Both the position numbers and the translations under genes were made by a program. The notes under the pieces are model-generated. The model searched no databases, was not told where the DNA came from, and worked only from the letters and a program-made list of their open reading frames with translations. Shown here piece after piece: positions 27,061-37,371 of a DNA stretch of 37,573 bases; the first letter of the stretch is position 1; each line of letters opens with the position of its first letter. This stretch comes from Anaerolineales bacterium (lineage in GTDB: Bacteria; Chloroflexota; Anaerolineae; Anaerolineales; Villigracilaceae), in contig DASTFG010000592.1 of the NCBI GenBank assembly GCA_035708785.1, positions 1-37,573 on the forward strand. The letters are read 5' to 3'.

Positions 27061-27122
27061 TTGACAAAAAGCCAAAAGGGGCATAAAGTTAAGCCTGCTT
27101 AACTAAAAAGAAAGCTTAACTA
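27061..27122 (+). promoter_or_regulatory. marR promoter with an overlapping palindromic operator
   Basis: TTGACA-17 bp-TAAAGT; perfect inverted repeat AGTTAAGC-ct-GCTTAACT (27087-27104); extra half-site GCTTAACT just before the ATG. Confidence 0.8.
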
Positions 27123-27124
27123 TA

Positions 27125-27562
27125 ATGAAGTCTCTCGAGTTCGAACAGGCCATCCGTTCATGGATGGATATATTCATGCATCGCTCGATGCGCAGCTGGC
27201 ATCTCTTTGCCAAGTCTACGGGCCTTTCCATGCCGCAGTTCAGCATCTTAATGCAGCTGCATCATCGCGGCGATTGCGGGATCGGCGATATCGGCGAGAG
27301 TTTCGACATCACCAACGCGGCTGCCAGCCAGCTGGTCGATAAACTTGTCCAGAGTGGACTGATACAGCGAGAAGAGGACCCGAACGACCGCCGCGCCAAA
27401 CGGTTGAGCCTGACCGACAAAGGCAGAAAGTTGATCCGGCAGGGCATGGAAGAACGCCATCGCTGGGTGGATCGGCTGGCTGCGGAATTAACCGCCCAGG
27501 AACGTGATACAGTGATAGAAGCCCTGAGGATACTAACTGAGCGAGCGAAACAGGAAAACTAG
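27125..27562 (+). CDS. MarR-family transcriptional regulator
   Basis: GLSMPQFSIL, ITNAAASQLVDKLVQSGLIQREEDPNDRR and LTDKG. Confidence 0.95.
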   Translation: MKSLEFEQAIRSWMDIFMHRSMRSWHLFAKSTGLSMPQFSILMQLHHRGDCGIGDIGESFDITNAAASQLVDKLVQSGLIQREEDPNDRRAKRLSLTDKGRKLIRQGMEERHRWVDRLAAELTAQERDTVIEALRILTERAKQEN

Positions 27563-27566
27563 GAAT

Positions 27567-27586
27567 TATATAGACCGGTCTATATA
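27567..27586. promoter_or_regulatory. Perfect 20-bp palindrome (candidate transcription-factor operator)
   Basis: TATATAGACCGGTCTATATA, with no loop, located between marR and the ABC genes. Confidence 0.55.
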
Positions 27587-27710
27587 GGAACTTGGCTTAC
27601 TATCCATCCGTGTACTTGTATACTGCCTACCTCGCCGCTTCATATTCAGTTCACAAATGGGCCATACACTCTTGACTACCTACCGAAAGCTTGTGATCAT
27701 CTCAAGGCAA

Positions 27711-27752
27711 ATCTCTTGTCTCTAATCTCCAATCACCAATAACCAATTACCC
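27711..27752. repeat. Degenerate heptamer tandem repeat (6 units)
   Basis: ATCTCTT GTCTCTA ATCTCCA ATCACCA ATAACCA ATTACCC, just upstream of the ABC gene SD. Confidence 0.6.
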
Positions 27753-27763
27753 AAAAGGAATCC

Positions 27764-29727
<1,964 letters not shown>

Positions 29728-29731
<4 letters not shown>

Positions 29732-31749
29732 TGCACGGTCGTTTTGGCGGAATGCTCAATCAGGAAACGATCAAGCCTCGTGCATTGGGCGAGACCCTCG
29801 CCCGCCTGGGCAGCTACTTCGGCCAGTACTGGTACATGATCGCGCTGGCGGTCGTCTTTGTTGTCATTTCCACGTGGACGCAGGTGACAACCCCCGAGTT
29901 GATGGGCCAGGCAACGGATTGTTTCCTTGTCCCTGCGGGGGTTTCTGCGTTTGAGGGATTCTCTCCCCTCCAACAGGCTCAGGACAGCGCCCAAACTGCT
30001 TTAAGCTGCTACCTCGCCACGGACGATCCCTCTGCGTTCTCGCTCACGCGCAGGCTGATTTACAGCGCCTACACCTTGGGCGGATTCGCGCCCCCGGACC
30101 CCGCGACGATGACCGGCGACCAGCGCATCGAGGGGCTGTTCCGCCTTGTCCTGGTGATGGCCGCGCTATACTTGCTCGGCGCGATCGTCACGGGCCTGAC
30201 CTTCTTCACCATGGCGTGGACGGGCCAGCACGTATTGCGCGTCCTGCGCGTGCAGGTCTTCGAGCAATTACACCGACTGTCGCTGAGTTATTACTCCAGG
30301 CACGAGGCCGGTGACCTGATGAGCCGCATCACGAATGATACGAGCGCCATCGAGCAGGCGTTCTCCTTCGCGCTGGTCAACGTGTTCAGTGGGATCCTAT
30401 TGCTGGTCTGGGTTGCCTATAACATGGCAGCGGCGAATCTGCCGTTCGCGCTGCTTTCCCTGTCTGTTGCGCCGGTCATGTTCATTGCGACCTGGTACTT
30501 CTCGGAACAGGCGCGCAGAGCCTTCCGCGTTTCGCGCGAAGAGATCGGCAACGTCAACGCCGAGCTGCAGGAGAGCATTTCTGCCGTCCGCGAAGTGCAG
30601 GCCTTCAACCGGGCCGACGAGAACATCGAACAGTTCAAGGAAGTCAATGCTGCCAACCGTGACGCCAACGTACGCGCTGTGGCCTATACCTCCGCGCTCG
30701 CCCCGACGCTGGAGGCCTTCTCGTATGTCGGCCTAGCCATCGTCACCGGCGTAGGCGGCTGGTATCTGCTCAGCGGGCAGACATTGTTTGGGACAACGGT
30801 CACCTTGGGTCTGGTGGTGACCTTCCTCGCCTATGTCCAGCGCTTCAACCAGCCCATCCAGCAAATTGCCGTGTTATGGACGAACATTCAGAACGCCATT
30901 GCAGGCGCCGAGCGCATCTTCAACATCCTCGACGAGAAGCCTGCCGTCAATAATAAACCTGCCGCACAGGAGATGCCGGAAATCAAGGGACTGGTCGAGT
31001 TCAAAAACGCCACCCACTCTTATGAGGATGGCGTGCCTGTATTGAGGGATGTCTCATTCACCGCGCAGCCCGGGCAGACGGTCGCCATCGTCGGCCCGAC
31101 CGGCGCGGGCAAGACCACCATTATCAACCTGATCCCGCGCTTCTATGACGTGACCAGCGGCTCGGTCGAAATCGACGGGATCGACGTGCGCGACGTCAGC
31201 ATGAAGAGTCTGCGTGAGCAGATCGGCATCGTGCTCCAGGATACCTTCCTGTTCAGCACAACCGTCATGGAGAACGTCCGCTTTGGTCGGCCAAGAGCGA
31301 CGGACGAAGAGGTCGTGGCGGCCATCAAGCTCGCCAACGCCGATTCGTTCATCGAGCGCTTACCGGAGAAATATCAGACCGTGCTCGGCGAACGCGGCTC
31401 CGGCCTCTCGCAGGGACAGCGCCAGCTGCTCTCGATTGCCCGCGCCGCGCTCGCGGACCCGCGCATCCTGATCCTGGATGAGGCCACCTCCAGCGTGGAC
31501 ACGCGCACCGAGCGCCTGATCCAGAGAGCTTTTGACCAGCTTCTCGAGGGACGGACCGCATTTGTCATCGCCCACCGCCTGTCCACCATCCGCAACGCCG
31601 ACATAATCCTTTTCCTCAAGGATGGCCAGATCGTCGAACGCGGTAAACACGAGGAACTGCTCGCAAATCAGGGCTTCTATTACGACCTGTATATGAGCCA
31701 GTTCAAGAAGCAGGAAGACGCGGCAGCGGAAGTAATCCCAGCAAGCTAA
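29728..31749 (+). CDS. ABC exporter TMD-NBD, consensus-site subunit (TM288-like)
   Basis: GPTGAGKT, LSQGQRQ, ILILDEATS and IAHRLS. ATGA overlap with the first subunit. Confidence 0.95.
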
Positions 31750-31760
31750 TCCAACGGTAC

Positions 31761-31878
31761 GAAAAACAGAAACAGGAGAGAGGAAAGAAGAGTGACTCAA
31801 CGTCCTTCATCTTTCCTCTTTTCTTTTCCTCATTTGCCGAGTACCTGCTTCAGGGCGGATCAATTTTGAGACCCGCCC
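31761..31878. repeat. Purine-rich/pyrimidine-rich imperfect inverted repeat followed by a REP-like hairpin
   Basis: GAAAAACAGAAACAGGAGAGAGGAAAGAAGA ... TCTTTCCTCTTTTCTTTTCCTC, then GGGCGGATC-aattttga-GACCCGCCC (31853-31878). Confidence 0.45.
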
Positions 31879-31933
31879 GTGATAAAATCCGACAGTTGAA
31901 TTTTCACTGATACCTGGACAGGTGGTAATCATC

Positions 31934-33136
31934 TTGACGGCAATCACGAATATTTCCTCTCGTTCTAAAATCGGCCTGATCACCCTGGCCTATATCGCCT
32001 TTATCTCTCTGGGCATGCCAGACGGGCTTTTTGGCGTTGCCTGGCCTTCCATCCGCGAAAACTTCGGTCTGCGTTTGGATTCGGTGGGAGCACTATTTTT
32101 CGCCATAACGACCGGCTATATGGTCTCAAGTTTTCTCAGTGGCAAGATCATCGCCCGGCTGGGCGTTGGCGCGACGCTTGCGGCCAGCTGCGCACTGACG
32201 GCCTCGGCCCTGCTGGGCTATACTCTGGTCCCTTCCTGGTGGCTGATCGTGCTGCTCGGCGTGGTCTCCGGTCTGGGCGCCGGCGCGATCGATGCCGGGC
32301 TCAATACCTACGTAGCCTCCCATTTTGGGGAGGGACTGATGCAGTGGCTGCATGCCAGTTTTGGCTTTGGGGTAACGCTCGGTCCGATCATCATGACGGC
32401 CGGGTTAACCTTTTTCAACTCCTGGCGGCTGGGGTATCAGGTGGTTGGCGGCGCCCAATTGCTGCTGGCGGCCAGTTTTCTTCTAACGGTGCGCATGTGG
32501 CAGAACGGCGGTGTGCCTCATGCGCCGGAGCAGGAACGGCATCTGATGGAGTACCGTACGCCGTTTGGGGAGACGCTTCGGCAGCCGGTCGTATGGCTCA
32601 ATCTGCTGCTTTTCTTCCTGTACACCGGCGCGGAGCTCTCCTTCGGCAGCTGGACGTACTCGCTCCTGACGCTTTCGCGGGATGTGCCGGTGGGAGTGGC
32701 AGGTTTGTGGGCCGGCAGTTATTGGGCCACCTTCACGGTTGGACGCATCTTGGCCGGTCTGCTCACACGAAGCTTGGGGACCGCGAACCTGCTGAAGGTG
32801 GGATTTCTGGTGGCGCTGGGCGGTTCCCTGATGTTATGGTGGAATCCCTTCCCACAGGCGAGCATTATCGCCGTCTCGCTGATCGGCTTCGCCATCGCAC
32901 CGATTTTCCCCGGACTGGTCTCCGGAACGCGGGCAAGGGTCGGCGAGCAGCATGCAGCGAATACGATTGGGATGCAGATCGCCGCGGCTGGTTTTGGCGG
33001 GGCAGTTGTGCCGAGCCTGGCCGGCGTACTTGCACAAAACTTCTCGCTCGAGGCGATCCCGGTCTACCTGGTGGGTGTATTCATCTTGTTGATCGGGCTG
33101 TATTTGACAGTCTCGCGCCCACACAAATTGGCTTAG
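31934..33136 (+). CDS. MFS transporter
   Basis: About 12 hydrophobic segments; AFISLGMPDG..GVAWP, GLGAGAIDAGLN, WLHASFGFG and APIFP. Start is TTG 31934 (AGGTGG 8 nt upstream) or GTG 31922. Confidence 0.92.
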   Translation: MTAITNISSRSKIGLITLAYIAFISLGMPDGLFGVAWPSIRENFGLRLDSVGALFFAITTGYMVSSFLSGKIIARLGVGATLAASCALTASALLGYTLVPSWWLIVLLGVVSGLGAGAIDAGLNTYVASHFGEGLMQWLHASFGFGVTLGPIIMTAGLTFFNSWRLGYQVVGGAQLLLAASFLLTVRMWQNGGVPHAPEQERHLMEYRTPFGETLRQPVVWLNLLLFFLYTGAELSFGSWTYSLLTLSRDVPVGVAGLWAGSYWATFTVGRILAGLLTRSLGTANLLKVGFLVALGGSLMLWWNPFPQASIIAVSLIGFAIAPIFPGLVSGTRARVGEQHAANTIGMQIAAAGFGGAVVPSLAGVLAQNFSLEAIPVYLVGVFILLIGLYLTVSRPHKLA

Positions 33137-33285
33137 GAATCACAAACACCTATCTTCAATTTTCCATAGTTCATCACCGTAGGAAAAGTCCCTGGAGAAC
33201 CGTTAAGTTCTTCCTTAACGGTGAATCGCTGCGCGCGGGCAAGGGACTCTGATTCTCGGGCCTCCCAGTAGCTGAAACCTGAAAC

Positions 33286-33307
33286 ACCCTGAGCGAAGTC
33301 GAAGGGT
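33286..33307. repeat. REP-like element
   Basis: ACCCTGAGCGAAGTCGAAGGGT, preceded by CTGAAAC x2. Confidence 0.6.
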
Positions 33308-33414
33308 TATGGTATCCTTAACTCATGAGCGCTCCGCTTTGCGGGCGCCATCTCGCAGATCCCGCGTGTTCGTGGCGGGGCCGCTCCGCGGGACTTCACT
33401 TCTGGAGCCTACCC

Positions 33415-34056
33415 ATGTACATTGCCATCGAAGGGGTCATCGGAGTCGGCAAGACGACCCTGGCCCGCCTTCTTCAACCCCTGTTTGACGCCGAAATCCT
33501 TCTGGAGGTCTTTGAGGAGAACCCCTTTCTATCCGATTTCTACAGCGACCGGGAGCGCTATGCGTTTCAAACGCAGATCTTCTTTCTATTGAGCCGTTAT
33601 CACCAGCAGCGCCGCACCGTTCACGAGCTCCTCGCTTCCGGAATGAACCTGTTCGCCGATTATACGTTTGCCAAGGATGCGCTCTTCGCGCAGATCAACC
33701 TCAAGGGCGATGAACTCGATATGTATTACCGAGTGCATGAAGCGCTGGCAGAAAAAATCCAGAAGCCGGATCTGATCGTATATCTGCAGGCCAGCACTGA
33801 CACCCTTATGCAGCGCATTGCCCTGCGTGACCGCCCGTACGAGCGCCAGATGGAACGCTCGTATATTGACGAGCTCAACCACGCCTATGACGATTTCTTT
33901 GCGAAGCCTTTTGACCACACGCCTGTTTTAACCATTGACACAAACAATCTGAATATTATTCAGAATACCGAGCATCTCAAAGCGATAGAGAACCGCATCA
34001 GACAAAGCCTGAGCCTGCCGCCGTTCCAACAGGCGTTGTTCTTAACTGAGAGTTAA
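33415..34056 (+). CDS. Deoxynucleoside kinase (dCK/dGK family)
   Basis: YIAIEGVIGVGKTTLA, ENPFL..FY, FQTQIFFL.SR, PDLIVYL, RIALRDR.YE and Y..ELN..Y. SD GGAG before ATG 33415; an in-frame ATG at 33325 is an alternative. Confidence 0.95.
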   Translation: MYIAIEGVIGVGKTTLARLLQPLFDAEILLEVFEENPFLSDFYSDRERYAFQTQIFFLLSRYHQQRRTVHELLASGMNLFADYTFAKDALFAQINLKGDELDMYYRVHEALAEKIQKPDLIVYLQASTDTLMQRIALRDRPYERQMERSYIDELNHAYDDFFAKPFDHTPVLTIDTNNLNIIQNTEHLKAIENRIRQSLSLPPFQQALFLTES

Positions 34057-34125
34057 TTACGCTTTCGATGGCTCACCGCAACGGCTCTAACCGTTCGACA
34101 AACTGTTGTAGACCGAGGATCATGT

Positions 34126-35151
34126 ATGCGGGTCACGCGTGAATCACTGATTCGACTTGCCAAGGAGACCGCACAGGAGCGCGCCTTCAACGACCATGAT
34201 ATCATCGCGGCCTATCTGACGGGTTCACTTGTCTCCGACAGCGATCCCATGCTCGGGGGCACTGCGGATATCGACATCATTTTTGTCCATGCGAGCGAGC
34301 CAAAGCCCAGGCGCGAATTCGTCAAGCTCACACCCGATTTCCACCTCGACATCAGTCACCGCGCCCGGGCGGAGTTCAAGCGGCCGCGCGAGCTGCGCCT
34401 CGACCCCTGGCTGGGCTGGGAGATGTACGACCCCATGCTGCTTTTCGAGCGTGAGAAGTTTTTTGAGTTCGTGCAGGCGGGTTTGCGCGCCGGGTTCGAG
34501 TTCAACGCGCCCGCGCCCGCCCTCAAGCGCTCCCGCATCCTGCTCTCTCACGGGCGCGGCATCTGGCGCGATCTGCTTGAGACCGGTGAGTCGGTTACTC
34601 CCCATGATATAACACAATTTATGAAGTCACTGTATCACGCGGTCAATGCCGTAGCGGAGCTCTCCGGGCCGCCGCTGCAGGAGCGCCGTCTGATGCTGGA
34701 TTTTCCCTCGCGGGCAGAGACCGCGCAGCGCCCGGAGATGAATGCAGCCCTCATGAGCCTGCTCGGCGCCTCAGAGCTGCGATCGTCCACATTGAATGAA
34801 TGGCTCCCGGAATGGAGGCAGGCTTTCGAATCGGCGATGGGGAACAGTCGCGTGGATACGCGCATTCATCCTGCACGCGTGAATTACTATGAAAAGGCGA
34901 TCAGGGCCATGCTCGTGAGCGAGAATCCGCGTGCTGCCCTCTGGCCCTTGCTGCAGACATGGAGTTTCGCGGTCGACGTCCTCCCCGAACCTGCCGTGGA
35001 AGCCTGGCGATCCGCTTGCAGCCGTCTCCGCCTCACGGGTGCTGACTTTGAAGGGCGGCTAGAAGGATTGGATCACTTCCTCGACGAAGTCGAGATCCTG
35101 CTCGATGAACTTGCTACGCAGTACGGCCTGGAGACTTCGACAAGTATCTAA
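34126..35151 (+). CDS. Hypothetical protein with a Pol-beta-like nucleotidyltransferase N-terminal motif
   Basis: IIAAYLTGSLV...GTADIDIIFVH fits hG[GS]...DhD; later HLDI; helical C-terminal half. SD GAGGA. Confidence 0.7.
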   Translation: MRVTRESLIRLAKETAQERAFNDHDIIAAYLTGSLVSDSDPMLGGTADIDIIFVHASEPKPRREFVKLTPDFHLDISHRARAEFKRPRELRLDPWLGWEMYDPMLLFEREKFFEFVQAGLRAGFEFNAPAPALKRSRILLSHGRGIWRDLLETGESVTPHDITQFMKSLYHAVNAVAELSGPPLQERRLMLDFPSRAETAQRPEMNAALMSLLGASELRSSTLNEWLPEWRQAFESAMGNSRVDTRIHPARVNYYEKAIRAMLVSENPRAALWPLLQTWSFAVDVLPEPAVEAWRSACSRLRLTGADFEGRLEGLDHFLDEVEILLDELATQYGLETSTSI

Positions 35152-35153
35152 AC

Positions 35154-35298
35154 CGTCATTGCGATGGCTGATGGTTGAGAGGCACTAGCGTCGAAACCCG
35201 GCCCGAAGCAATCTGATGTGATTCGGAGATTGCTTCGCCATTGGTCTCGATATGGCGGACAGGCACCGCCTACTCGACCGACGGGGCTCGCAATGACA
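35154..35298. repeat. Inverted dimer of CGTC-type REP elements, each arm carrying a nested second repeat
   Basis: CGTCATTGCGA..GGTTGAG..TCGAAACC..CGAAGCAATCT / AGATTGCTTCG..GGTCTCGA..CTCGACC..CTCGCAATGACA. Confidence 0.8.
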
Positions 35299-35313
35299 TG
35301 TAGAGGAATAATA

Positions 35314-35886
35314 ATGACCCGCAACGAAGCTCTTGCCCTTGTTCGTGAATATGTAAAAAACGAAGGTCTTGTGCGCCACATGCTCTCTGTCGAAGCCGCC
35401 ATGCGCTTCTACGCCGAGAAATTTGGCGAGGATGTGGAGAGATGGGGGCTGATCGGCCTGCTTCACGATTTCGACTGGGAGATCCACCCGACGCTCGAAC
35501 AGCATCCCCAGGACGGCGCGCCGATCCTGCGCGCGCGTGGCGTTCCGGAGGATATCATCCAGGATATTTTGAGCCACGCCGATCACCTGAATATGCCGCG
35601 GGACACCCTGGTGCGCAAAGCCATTGTCGCCTGTGATGAGATCACAGGTCTGATCACCGCGGTCGCACTGGTGCGTCCCTCACGCTCGTTATATGATCTC
35701 GAGGCTTCTTCTGTCAAAAAGAAATGGAAGGACAAGGCTTTCGCAGCCGGCACCTCGCGGACAGAGATGGAACATGCCGCGCAGGAATTCGGGATCGAGT
35801 TATGGGAGCATGTGGGGAATGTAATTCAAGCCATGCGAAAAATCGCCCCGGAGCTGGGGCTGGCCGGGAACGTTCCTCAGCCTTGA
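35314..35886 (+). CDS. HD-superfamily (HDIG) metal-dependent phosphohydrolase
   Basis: RH.L.VEA.M, GLLHDFDWE, SH, ACDEITGLI.A.ALVRP and KKKWKDKAFA. Start moved to ATG 35314 (GAGGA upstream). Confidence 0.92.
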   Translation: MTRNEALALVREYVKNEGLVRHMLSVEAAMRFYAEKFGEDVERWGLIGLLHDFDWEIHPTLEQHPQDGAPILRARGVPEDIIQDILSHADHLNMPRDTLVRKAIVACDEITGLITAVALVRPSRSLYDLEASSVKKKWKDKAFAAGTSRTEMEHAAQEFGIELWEHVGNVIQAMRKIAPELGLAGNVPQP

Positions 35887-35888
35887 TT

Positions 35889-36302
35889 TCAGGGTGCTCG
35901 CACCGCCACGACCTTTGGCAATCTGTCTAGTTGCTCCTTGTCCAAGGTGATAAACTCTGTCCCAAAACGGAGAGCCACCGCGGCATAGACCGCGTCGCTG
36001 CCGCGTAGACGGTGATTAGCAGCAACTTCACTGGCAAAGTCTGCAAAGTCATTGTCAAGGTCAACCAGTGTCAATTTGGGGAGCTTTTTGAGCTCTGGCA
36101 GAATTTCCAGGGCAATATTCGCACTATCCTGCTTTCGGGCAACGGAAGCAACCACCTCGGGGATAAACAAGGTTGGCTGTATGAGCACCACGCCCTCGTG
36201 TTTCAATCGGGATATAAATTGCGCGCTCTCGTCACTTTCATCCTCATCAGGGCTGAGAGCATTGACAAAGACGCTGGCATCCACGGTGACCGGAGCCCTC
36301 AT
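35889..36302 (-). CDS. vapC: PIN-domain toxin, VapC family
   Basis: VTVDASV, PTLFIPEV, LRGSDAVY and FITLD supply the PIN acidic quartet. 4-nt overlap with the antitoxin gene. Confidence 0.92.
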   Translation of the reverse strand: MRAPVTVDASVFVNALSPDEDESDESAQFISRLKHEGVVLIQPTLFIPEVVASVARKQDSANIALEILPELKKLPKLTLVDLDNDFADFASEVAANHRLRGSDAVYAAVALRFGTEFITLDKEQLDRLPKVVAVRAP

Positions 36303-36574
36303 CTGCGCATCTCCGAGAGGATCTCTAGGGAACTTTTCTTTTTACTTTTGTCCTTGGCAAGCCTTGCGCGGATTGCCAACAATTTTTCCCATCCATCATC
36401 TTTCTTCTCGGGCAACATGGCATCCATCGGGATGATGGCTGCGACGGGTTTCCCGCGCTGTGTTACAACATAGCGGGCGCGTTCCTCTTTCACCGCCCGG
36501 ACTACTTCAGAGGCGCGCGATTTCAACTCGCGAATGCCGATCTCTTCCGTCCTGGGTGGCTTCTTCCTTTTCAT
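36299..36574 (-). CDS. Phd/YefM-family antitoxin
   Basis: IGIRELKSRASEVVRAV...YVVTQRGKPVAAIIP, with C-terminal LEILSEMRR. Confidence 0.92.
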   Translation of the reverse strand: MKRKKPPRTEEIGIRELKSRASEVVRAVKEERARYVVTQRGKPVAAIIPMDAMLPEKKDDGWEKLLAIRARLAKDKSKKKSSLEILSEMRR

Positions 36575-36623
36575 GTGGTCACCTGTGTGACCACATCATA
36601 CCGCTTAGGGCAGCAACCGTCAA
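36573..36623 (-). promoter_or_regulatory. TA promoter and autoregulatory operator
   Basis: The minus strand reads TTGACG-17 bp-TATGAT. A perfect inverted repeat ATGTGGTCAC-ctgt-GTGACCACAT (36573-36596) spans the predicted TSS, SD and start codon. Confidence 0.85.
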
Positions 36624-36651
36624 GGTGAAAAATAATCTGCAGAATTACTGC

Positions 36652-36680
36652 TTGACTCTGACCCTGCCTCGTTATACACT
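36652..36680 (+). promoter_or_regulatory. Sigma70 promoter for the Mo-oxidoreductase operon
   Basis: TTGACT-17 bp-TACACT. Confidence 0.7.
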
Positions 36681-36742
36681 AAGACCAGCAAAGTAGAGCA
36701 AGGTTGTCCAAATCTGTGGACTTTACCGGTAAAGGAGCAACC

Positions 36743-37363
36743 ATGTCAGAGGAACGATTTGTCTCGCGCGGTTTTGTCGGCAAGCGGCGCGGAGGAGAAA
36801 AAAAGGACCGCATCCCGCCCGGCCAGTATCTCACCAACGACTTTCCTGTCCTCTCCGCAGGACCCACACCCTATACCCCGCTCGATCAGTGGACATTTAC
36901 CATCGACGGGCTTGTCCGGGAAAAGGTCTCGTGGACGTGGCAGGAGTTCCTCCAGGTCCCCATGCAGCAATACGTAGTGGACATTTCCTGCGTCACCAAA
37001 TGGACGAAACTCGACATGAAGTGGGAAGGCGTCAGCCTCGATACCCTGCTCGAGCATGTCGAGCTGGATCGAAAGGCAATGTTCATCACTGCCTACAGCG
37101 ACGGCGGTTACACCACGAACATGCCTCTGACCGATATCGTCAACGGCCAGGCTTTCATTGCGCTGAAATACGACGATAAACCCCTTGAACCTGCGCACGG
37201 CGGTCCGGCGCGTATGGTCGTGCCGCACCTGTACTTCTGGAAAAGCGCCAAGTGGATCCGCGGCATCGTGCTCATGGAGAAGGATCGGCCCGGCTTCTGG
37301 GAATCGGCCGGTTATCACAACCGCGGCGATCCGTGGAAGGAACAAAGGTACTGGAATGATTAG
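36743..37363 (+). CDS. Sulfite-oxidase-like molybdopterin oxidoreductase (YuiH-like, no signal peptide)
   Basis: RIPPGQY...FPVL, DISCVTKW (Mo-ligand Cys), WEGV, GYTTN, HGGPAR, YFWKSAKW, GFWE..GYH.RGDPW.EQRY. SD AAGGAG before ATG 36743. Confidence 0.92.
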   Translation: MSEERFVSRGFVGKRRGGEKKDRIPPGQYLTNDFPVLSAGPTPYTPLDQWTFTIDGLVREKVSWTWQEFLQVPMQQYVVDISCVTKWTKLDMKWEGVSLDTLLEHVELDRKAMFITAYSDGGYTTNMPLTDIVNGQAFIALKYDDKPLEPAHGGPARMVVPHLYFWKSAKWIRGIVLMEKDRPGFWESAGYHNRGDPWKEQRYWND

Positions 37364-37371
37364 GAGGGACG

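Noticed and set aside
32239-33252. 337-aa alternative-frame ORF over the MFS gene
   Set aside because: Arg/Gly-rich off-frame reading of a GC-rich membrane-protein gene, with no motifs.
33187-33268. Glycine riboswitch (CTGGAGA...GAA...TCTCGGG)
   Set aside because: It lacks the CCGAAG and CTCTCAGG core, and the gene context does not fit.
35218-35313. N-terminal extension of the HD protein and overlapping small ORFs
   Set aside because: They fall within the REP dimer; the SD supports ATG 35314.
36743-37363. Calling this gene msrP, the partner of msrQ
   Set aside because: No Tat signal, YuiH-like motifs, 11 kb from msrQ, and coupled to its own flavin reductase.
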